A stretch of 64,000 nt of DNA from Elusimicrobiota bacterium (lineage in GTDB: Bacteria > Elusimicrobiota > Elusimicrobia > UBA1565), in contig JBDRPD010000083.1 in the NCBI GenBank assembly GCA_043827405.1, positions 32,001 to 96,000 of the forward strand, in the 5' to 3' direction. This document shows positions 57,227-64,000 of the stretch, piece by piece. Numbering within the stretch: the first letter of the stretch is position 1; each line of letters opens with the position of its first letter. The notes under the pieces are model-generated. The model was not told the DNA's origin. It worked only from the letters and a program-made list of their open reading frames with translations, and ran no database searches. Made by a program: the position numbers and the translations under genes.

Positions 57227-57520
57227 ATGAATTACCTCCGCTTCGCCTTCTGCCTCGCCTTCGGCCTCGCCGGGGTCTCTCTGTTTCTGATGACCATGCT
57301 CGATACCTTGTTCTGCGATATCGATTTGTTCGCGGAGCTGCGTCTTTGGTTCCGCCGGCTGTTCCTGCGCGACCGGCGGCGCTACGTCCACATCGAGAAC
57401 CTTCAGAAGTATCGGGTCAAGCAGAGCTCCTATGAGCAGGAGTTCCTCGGCGGCGGCGGCAGACAGGCCTTCAATATGCGGCGCAAGGCCGAGCTCGTCT
57501 TCCAGGCGCACGACGCCTAG
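57227..57520 (+). CDS. Small membrane-anchored hypothetical protein
   Basis: N-terminal hydrophobic helix; TACAAT 6 nt before ATG 57227; GC3-rich codons. Confidence 0.6.
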   Translation: MNYLRFAFCLAFGLAGVSLFLMTMLDTLFCDIDLFAELRLWFRRLFLRDRRRYVHIENLQKYRVKQSSYEQEFLGGGGRQAFNMRRKAELVFQAHDA

Positions 57521-57607
57521 GTAATTCGTCCCATTCCCGGTTAGGCCGTATCCCTCCGACGACGGACCCATTCGACCCTGCTGATACGCTGGTTCCCCAT
57601 TTACCCT
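57518..57607 (+). promoter_or_regulatory. Second, more degenerate copy of the triple-box plus -10 architecture
   Basis: TAGGTA-ATTC-GTCCCA (57518), TAGGCC half-site (57542), CGGACC-CATTC-GACCCT (57563), TACCCT (57602): same 0/24/45/84 offsets as at 57116. Confidence 0.5.
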
Positions 57608-57616
57608 ATTAGCGTC

Positions 57617-59461
57617 ATGAAAAGGGCGCTGATTATCCTGCTCGCCGCCGCGCTGGCGGCATTGCCGGGCGGTCCCGGCCCCGCCCGTGCGCTGGCCCAG
57701 GTTGTGGCGCGGACGGGCGGCGCCGTCGGCGCTCCCGGTTCGGCGGCCGCGGGGGGCGGGGCGCTGTCCGGCGCCGGACACCTCGCCGGCAGTCCGGTTT
57801 TCGGCTCGCTCATCCCGGCGATCAGGCTCGATACAACCTTGCGCTCGGTGGCGTCGCCGCAGGCATTCGCCGCGCCGAACCTGAATGCGGTGTCTTTGCC
57901 GAAGTCCGCGGTCTATCCTTTCGTGGTCCCCGTGCCGGATGCCGCCAAGCCGGTGCCGACGAAAGCGGTTTCGCAGCTGCGTGAGCAGGCGACCCGGATG
58001 GTCGGCCGGGTTGCGGGGGTTATCGGCAAGAAGGACGACAAGGGGAAGGCGGGCACCGGTTTCAGCAGGAGCTTCGCGCATTGGCGCGGCTTCTTTGACG
58101 GCGCTGTCGCGCGCGAGAAGTCGGAAGTCGGAGCGGCGGCGGTCCGCGGCCGTTCGCCGTTGGCCGGCCTGCCGGCCGCTAACGCAATAGGTGAGGCGCC
58201 CGCTGCCCGGCGGGTGCCGTGGGCCGCCGGCGACAAGCGGGTGGCGGTCCGGCAGGACGCGGCGTCGATGGCGCTGGCTTTGGGCGCGGCCGATATCGGA
58301 GAACGCGGCACCTACGAATTTTTGACCAAGCCGGTCTGGCGCATCGACGAACTGGCGCCGCCGGCGCTGCCGGGCCGGCGCGAACTGTCCGCCTACCGAG
58401 TAAAAAAATCCATTTCCCGCCGCCGGGCGGCTTATCTGGCGGCGCATTACGGCCTGCTCGCCGCCGGGCTCGCGGCGTCCGCGTTCGCCTTCGGGGCGGT
58501 GCCGTTTATCGCCGCATCGGGCATCCTGCTGGCCGATCTATATTGGCAGGAGAAGGTCTATGCCAATTCCCATGACGACGGGATGTACGCTTTTGATTCC
58601 ACTCTGTCGACCTCCGAGCGCAAGAACTACCGTGCCTATATCGAAACCAGCCTCAAAAAGCTGGTTTCCCGTCTGGGTATTGATCCCGCGGATTCACCGA
58701 GCGTCTCGATAAACAACCGGCGGGGACGTCTGGGCGCGGCGGTCTCGGGCCGCGGGCTCGCTTCCGCCTCCACGCTGACGGCGGGCGAAGGCTTCGCGGA
58801 GATTCCCGCCGAGGAGACAACCGCCGTTTTGGCGCATGAGCTGGGCCACGGCGTCGCGGGCGACTTCGGCATGCTGCGCCTGCTGCGCAACCGGCTGGGG
58901 CTGCGACTGGGCTTGGAGTTCGTTAAAAAGGCGGCGGCCTACGGTTTCCTGATCCACGTCGCTTCCGTCCTGCTGGCGCCCGCCCTGTTGGCGCCGGCTT
59001 TGATCGCGGGCCTCGCGGCGTTTAGCGTCATGATTAAGACGCGCCCCGCGGCGGCGCGGGCGCTGCTGGCGGTGCGCGAAAAACTCCGACCGCTCTACGG
59101 CGAAAAATTATGGAGTCCGGGAGCACTGGCGGCGTCGGCCGCGGCGCTGGTTCTGGCGCTGCAGTTCTTCCTTGGCGCCTGGGCGCTGCCGGTCGCGCCG
59201 GAAACTTTTGCCGCCGGCGCGCTGTGGGCGCTGGGCGGCTTGGCCCTGACCGCCGGCGGCCTGCTCAGCGGCATCGCGGTGACGCGGCAGGAGGAACTGC
59301 GCGCCGATGATTTCGCCGGCTGGCTGACCCGGCCCGATTGGCTCATCAGTTTTTTCCGCCGGCACCAGAGCCCGGGCGCCCGCGCTTCCGGCTGGCGGGG
59401 CCTGCTGTCGACGCACCCGGCCTGGGAAGCGCGCATCCGCGAACTGCGGGAAGAGCGATAA
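57617..59461 (+). CDS. M48 family zinc metallopeptidase with signal peptide and long low-complexity N-terminal extension
   Basis: VLAHELGH, QEELRAD, STHPAWEARI; several TM helices. Confidence 0.85.
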   Translation: MKRALIILLAAALAALPGGPGPARALAQVVARTGGAVGAPGSAAAGGGALSGAGHLAGSPVFGSLIPAIRLDTTLRSVASPQAFAAPNLNAVSLPKSAVYPFVVPVPDAAKPVPTKAVSQLREQATRMVGRVAGVIGKKDDKGKAGTGFSRSFAHWRGFFDGAVAREKSEVGAAAVRGRSPLAGLPAANAIGEAPAARRVPWAAGDKRVAVRQDAASMALALGAADIGERGTYEFLTKPVWRIDELAPPALPGRRELSAYRVKKSISRRRAAYLAAHYGLLAAGLAASAFAFGAVPFIAASGILLADLYWQEKVYANSHDDGMYAFDSTLSTSERKNYRAYIETSLKKLVSRLGIDPADSPSVSINNRRGRLGAAVSGRGLASASTLTAGEGFAEIPAEETTAVLAHELGHGVAGDFGMLRLLRNRLGLRLGLEFVKKAAAYGFLIHVASVLLAPALLAPALIAGLAAFSVMIKTRPAAARALLAVREKLRPLYGEKLWSPGALAASAAALVLALQFFLGAWALPVAPETFAAGALWALGGLALTAGGLLSGIAVTRQEELRADDFAGWLTRPDWLISFFRRHQSPGARASGWRGLLSTHPAWEARIRELREER

Positions 59462-59476
59462 TTTCTATAATCCGGC

Positions 59477-61198
59477 GTGGGGAAAAAACGTCGGAAGTCC
59501 CGTCCTGCTCTGCTCCGGGAAGAGCAGGTTCCGTTCTCCGTCCCCGCGAAGTTCGCCTTGGCGCTGATTCTCGCGCTGCAGGCGTTTCTGGGCTTGTCGT
59601 TTATCCGTTCGGCGGCCCCTACCTACGACGAGTCCGTGCATCTGGCCAGCGGCTACTCCTACTGGCATACCGGCCGCTATCGGATGAATATCATGGATCA
59701 CCCTCCGCTGGCCGAGATGTGGGCGGCGCTGCCGCTGCGCTTCATGAAGCCCGGCATGATGACCTCGCACCGCGACTTCAAAAACGCGCGGCTGTATCAC
59801 TTCTCGGATGCCTTCCTGTTTCAGAATACCGTGGGCGGCGAGCGCATGATGAATGCGGCGCGGACCTTTCTATTTCTAACCCTATCGGCGCTGCTGGCCT
59901 GGGGTCTGCTGACTTGGGCCTATCGCCTCGGCGGGCCGACGGCGGCGGTGGGGGCGGCGGCGGCGGCGGCGTTCTGCCCCGTTCTGATTTCGAATCTGGC
60001 GCTGGCGGGTACCGACGGCGTTTCGAGCGTATTCTTTTTTCTTGTTTTCCGCCTATTGTCTCCGGCTGAGCGTTCACGCCGGACCTGGGTCGCGGCGGGG
60101 CTCTGTGCCGGACTGGCGCTGGCCGCCAAGTTCAATATGATTATTCTGCTGCCCATGGCCGGTGGTTTGGTCGCTGCGGATTTCTGGCTGCGCGGCCGCG
60201 AGTCCCGCGCTGAGGGGAAGAGGCGTCCTGAGTTCCCCTGGGCAGGCTGCGCGTTGGCGGCGCTGGGCGCCGCGGCGGCACTGGTGCTGGTTTACCGCGT
60301 CACCGAACTGCCCTACTACTTCAAGGGCCTGGCGGCTACGATCCAGCGTCTGGATAAGGGCCGATCGGCATTCCTGCTGGGCGCCTATTCGGTGACCGGC
60401 TTCTGGCTGTATTTTCCGGCGGCGCTGGCGGTCAAGACGCCGCTCCCCACTTTGCTCTTCGCCTCCGTATCCCTGATTCGGCGTTTGCGGAACTTGCGGC
60501 GTGAGACGCTATGGATTGCCGGGCCCCTGCTCGGCTATTTTGCCGTGGCCTTGACGGCCAAAGTGCAGATCGGTGTTCGCCATCTGCTGCCGATAATGCC
60601 CTTTCTTGTTCTGCTTGCCGGCTGCGGCGCGGCGCGGCTGTGGGAGGCCGGAGGCAAAAAGCGCTGGGCCGCAGCCGCCGGAGCGTTGTGGCTGACGCTC
60701 TCGGTTCTAAACGTCCATCCGTACCAGCTCGCCTACTTTAATGAAGCGGCCGGGGGGCCGGCGAACGGATACCGCTGGATGGTGGACTCTAATTTGGACT
60801 GGGGACAGGACCTGAAGACTCTGGGCGCGGAGTTGCGCGCGCGCGGCGGCCCGCCGATTTATCTCGCCTACTTCGGCTCAGCCGACCCCGCGGCGTACGG
60901 GATACGCTACGTGCCGGCGGGGATGTGCTGCAATGTTACGCGGGGCGGCGATGCGGTCGATCCGGCGGCGGACGGCAAAGTTCTGTTCGCGGTGTCGGCC
61001 ACCAACCTGCAGGCTGTTTATTTCGCGGACAAATCGCTGTTCAGCTGGCTGCAGTCCCGGCGGCCGGAAAAAGTGCTCGGCCATTCGATCTTCCTGTACG
61101 ATCTGACGGAGGACGCGGAGGGGCGACGTCTGCTGGCGCGTCTCGTCGCGCTCGCTACCGGCGACTCTGGCCGGGCCAAGTCCCTTCTGTTACAATGA
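59477..61198 (+). CDS. PMT/ArnT-like (GT-C) membrane glycosyltransferase
   Basis: PTYDESVH, DHPPL, LALAAKF, RHLLP, DSNLDWGQDL. Confidence 0.8.
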   Translation: MGKKRRKSRPALLREEQVPFSVPAKFALALILALQAFLGLSFIRSAAPTYDESVHLASGYSYWHTGRYRMNIMDHPPLAEMWAALPLRFMKPGMMTSHRDFKNARLYHFSDAFLFQNTVGGERMMNAARTFLFLTLSALLAWGLLTWAYRLGGPTAAVGAAAAAAFCPVLISNLALAGTDGVSSVFFFLVFRLLSPAERSRRTWVAAGLCAGLALAAKFNMIILLPMAGGLVAADFWLRGRESRAEGKRRPEFPWAGCALAALGAAAALVLVYRVTELPYYFKGLAATIQRLDKGRSAFLLGAYSVTGFWLYFPAALAVKTPLPTLLFASVSLIRRLRNLRRETLWIAGPLLGYFAVALTAKVQIGVRHLLPIMPFLVLLAGCGAARLWEAGGKKRWAAAAGALWLTLSVLNVHPYQLAYFNEAAGGPANGYRWMVDSNLDWGQDLKTLGAELRARGGPPIYLAYFGSADPAAYGIRYVPAGMCCNVTRGGDAVDPAADGKVLFAVSATNLQAVYFADKSLFSWLQSRRPEKVLGHSIFLYDLTEDAEGRRLLARLVALATGDSGRAKSLLLQ

Positions 61199-61204
61199 AA
61201 CCCG

Positions 61205-64000
61205 ATGCAAGGTGAGCTGGATCGTCGTATCCGGCGCTGGCGCCTGGAGCGCTGGCGCGCGCAATGGGCCGAGGGCGGACTGCGTTTCGTCTCGGCGGCG
61301 GCGATCATGCTGCTGGCGGCGCTGCTGGCGGACCGTTTCGCGGCGCTGCCGCAGGCGGCACGCTGGGGGCTGTTCGCCGTCGGCGCGGCCGCGGCGGCGG
61401 CCGGAATCTATCTGCATTTTCTTCGCCCGCTGCGCCTGCTCGCGCCCGCCCGGCTGCTCAGCGACGTGGCGCGGCGCTGTCCCCAGCTCGCCGCCTATCT
61501 GCGCTCGGCTTGGGAGCTGGGGCGCAGCGGGCCCTCGGTACATACCTCCGGCGAGCTGGCGGACGAACACCTCCGCCGTACCGACACGCTCCTGGCCCGG
61601 CTGTCGCGCGGTATTATGTTCTCCGCGCGGCCGTCACGGCCCGCCGCCAAGCGTACGGTCTTTGCCGCCGCCGCTTGGGGCATCGCGATGCCGTGGCTCT
61701 ATAATGGACAAGCGAACTTCCAGCGCGTCCTGGCGCCCTGGCAGGATGCGCGCCTCGACGCACAGGTGGAGGTGCGGCCCGGCGATCGCGAGACCGCCTG
61801 GGCGGAGCCCGTCGAGATCAGCGCCCGCTGGCGCACGGCGCACATCAACGGACCCCTGCGGCTGTTCGCGCGCGAGCCGGGCGGCAGATGGGGGGAGGTT
61901 CCTTGGGACCGGGAGGAGGGCGACTCCGGCTCCCTGCGCATCGACAACCTGACGGGCGAGTTCTATTACCGCGTGGGGTACAAAGATCTGCGTACGCGCG
62001 TCTACCGGCTTAAGCCGATTCCCTTCCCCCGGCTGACCGGTCTTACGGTCAGCGTGCATCTGCCCGGCCGCGGGCCCGCCACGCGCGCGCTCGACTTGGA
62101 GGGCGAGGGCGAGATCGCGGCGCTGCGCCGCAGCTGGGTCACGCTGCGCGGTATGCCGGCCGGCCGCGTCGGCACCGCGCGCCTGCGGGTGTCCTACCTG
62201 AGCCGTCCGGTCGAGATGAAGCGCCTGGCGGACGGAGCGTGGGAAGGAGGCTTCCCGCTCAACGAAAACGGGACGCTCAAGATCGACGCGGCCTCGCCGG
62301 AAGGATCGCGCGACCCGCAGCCGACGGCCTATGCGCTGCGGGCGCTTGACGACGCAAAGCCCGAGGTGGAGCTGCTCTCGCCGACCTTTGAGCTTGAGAT
62401 CAGCCGCCGGGAGAAGCTGACCATTACCTATGAGGCGCGCGACGACTTCGGCCTGCGCTCGCTGTCATTCCTGTACCGGGTCAATGGCGGGGCCGAACGC
62501 GTGCTGCCGCTGGCAGTGTTTCGGCGTTCCGTCGAGCGGCATCTTGGAGATTTCGCCTGGGACTTGGAGCGGCTGCCGGTCGGCTCACGGGTGACGTTTC
62601 GTGTGCGGGTGATGGATAACGCGAGCCCGCACGCGCAGACCGCGGTTTCCAATGAGGGGGTCCTGCACCTCGTGGACTTCGAGACCGTCCACGCGCAGAC
62701 GGAGCGGATGTGGAAAGGAGCGGAGGAGGCTTTACGGCGGCTGGCGCAGCAGGAGGCGGAGTTCGGCGAGCGCCTCAGCGGGATCCGCCGCGACCGCGAG
62801 AGCGAAGACCCCGCCGCGCGGGAGCGGCTGCGCCGGGCGCTCGAACGGCTGGCGCTTGAAGACGCCGCGCTGGCTAAGGAGTGGGCGGATGCGGTTCGCG
62901 AGATGCAGGACTTTGCGCGGGCGATGCGGCAGGACCCATACGCTAATCCGGGGATGACCGAGGCGGCCGAGATGCTGGCCAAGGTGCTGGAGGCGTTTCG
63001 GCAGCAGGAGCTGCCCAAGGCTCGGGAGGAGGCCGCGGCCGGCCGGTATCGGGAAGCGCAGGAGCAGCACGCCGCGCTCGAATCGCGAGTGCGCAAAGCG
63101 GCGGACCTGCTGAGCGCCGGACGCGAGATGCAGTCGATGCAGGATTTTTGGGGCGAAGCGCATCGCATGGACCAGGCCGGCGGCGAAATCGCCGGCGAGC
63201 TTGAGCGGATCGCCAAGAGCGGCAAGGCCCCCACCGCCGCCGAACGCGAGAAGCTGCAGCAGGCCCTGCGCCAGCTGCAGGAGCAGATGGACGCGCTGTC
63301 CAAGACGATCCAATCGATGCCGAAGGCCGACCCGGCATCGGAGACGGCGAAGCACCGCAAGATCTACCATGTGCCGCTGCATGCCGCGCGCCGGACCGCC
63401 GACGCTTTGCAGGCGGCGTTGGAGCGGGGAGATTTCGCGGCCGCGGCGCGCATCGCGCAGCAGCTCGCGCAGCAGCTCGCGCAGGTGCGCGAAGCCGTCG
63501 TTAAGGCGGCGGAGTCGGCGGCCAGCGGCGGCCAAGGAGAGCTGACGGAGCGTATGGAGGCGGCCAAGCGGTTGTGGGAGGATGTCATCGAACAGCAGTC
63601 GCGCAGCCTGCAGCTGGTCAACGCGCTTGAAGACGGCAAGCTGGCGGAGCTGGCCGCGGCGCAAAAGCGCCTGCTTGAGGAGCTGGCCGCGGCGCAACGG
63701 AAGGTCGTGGCCGGCGCCGAAGAGCGGGCGGCGATGATTACCGAACCGTCCTTGGCGGCGATGCGGAAAGTCCTGGGAGAGTTTGAGGCGTCGCGCGTGC
63801 GCGACGCACCCACCCTGCTTAAAAGCTTGATCGCGAGCATGAAATTCCGGGCGCTGCGCTTTCCCCAGCGTGCGGGCCAGCCGTCGCCGGACGCCGCGGC
63901 GCTGACGGGCCTGGCGGAACAGGAGCAGAGTATCCTCGACGCGCTGCTTGGCGGCGCGCCGCCGCCGCCGTTGACTGAACCGCAGCTGGGTGATATGATC
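61205..64000 (+). CDS. Large membrane-anchored beta-domain/coiled-coil protein (DUF4175-like), 3'-truncated by the window
   Basis: Frame from ATG 61205 (MQGELDRRIRRW...) has two TM helices, D-x-K-P and ARDDFGL motifs, then a long Q/E/A-rich coiled coil; absent from the ORF track, apparently because it has no stop in the window. Confidence 0.75.
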   Translation, partial: MQGELDRRIRRWRLERWRAQWAEGGLRFVSAAAIMLLAALLADRFAALPQAARWGLFAVGAAAAAAGIYLHFLRPLRLLAPARLLSDVARRCPQLAAYLRSAWELGRSGPSVHTSGELADEHLRRTDTLLARLSRGIMFSARPSRPAAKRTVFAAAAWGIAMPWLYNGQANFQRVLAPWQDARLDAQVEVRPGDRETAWAEPVEISARWRTAHINGPLRLFAREPGGRWGEVPWDREEGDSGSLRIDNLTGEFYYRVGYKDLRTRVYRLKPIPFPRLTGLTVSVHLPGRGPATRALDLEGEGEIAALRRSWVTLRGMPAGRVGTARLRVSYLSRPVEMKRLADGAWEGGFPLNENGTLKIDAASPEGSRDPQPTAYALRALDDAKPEVELLSPTFELEISRREKLTITYEARDDFGLRSLSFLYRVNGGAERVLPLAVFRRSVERHLGDFAWDLERLPVGSRVTFRVRVMDNASPHAQTAVSNEGVLHLVDFETVHAQTERMWKGAEEALRRLAQQEAEFGERLSGIRRDRESEDPAARERLRRALERLALEDAALAKEWADAVREMQDFARAMRQDPYANPGMTEAAEMLAKVLEAFRQQELPKAREEAAAGRYREAQEQHAALESRVRKAADLLSAGREMQSMQDFWGEAHRMDQAGGEIAGELERIAKSGKAPTAAEREKLQQALRQLQEQMDALSKTIQSMPKADPASETAKHRKIYHVPLHAARRTADALQAALERGDFAAAARIAQQLAQQLAQVREAVVKAAESAASGGQGELTERMEAAKRLWEDVIEQQSRSLQLVNALEDGKLAELAAAQKRLLEELAAAQRKVVAGAEERAAMITEPSLAAMRKVLGEFEASRVRDAPTLLKSLIASMKFRALRFPQRAGQPSPDAAALTGLAEQEQSILDALLGGAPPPPLTEPQLGDMI

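Overview
A 64 kb chromosomal window from a GC-rich diderm bacterium. The protein styles suggest Elusimicrobiota, but that is an inference. Main content, in order: (1) a surface-glycan modification cluster at 1-13 kb with an ABC flippase-like transporter, GT2 and GT-C glycosyltransferases, several methyltransferases, a stand-alone TPP E1 alpha/beta pair and an RmlD-like reductase; (2) tlyA, a receptor-like TPR Ser/Thr kinase, tmRNA (ssrA), and a coupled operon of two diguanylate cyclases, sppA, Yip1, nnrE, a PPIase and an MBL hydrolase; (3) a visibly more AT-rich nonulosonic-acid (Pse/Leg-type) cluster at about 24.8-36.4 kb that carries a stand-alone adenylation enzyme/ACP/SDR module; (4) mixed genes including a radical SAM + GT2 pair, tilS, fixCX, a double beta-barrel protein, queG, greA, birA, nadC, uvrB, an M48 peptidase, a GT-C protein and a truncated DUF4175-like gene. 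The most interesting signals are non-coding. A triple-box promoter architecture (TAGGTC-N4/5-GRCCYW at offsets 0/+24/+45, -10 at +84) recurs in front of uncharacterised genes, two of which encode exported proteins with a shared Ala/Pro/Gly-rich N-terminus. About 14 genes have leaderless-type promoters. A perfect 29-bp inverted repeat lies upstream of uvrB, and a terminator sits in the greA leader. I saw no CRISPR array, integrase or transposase.
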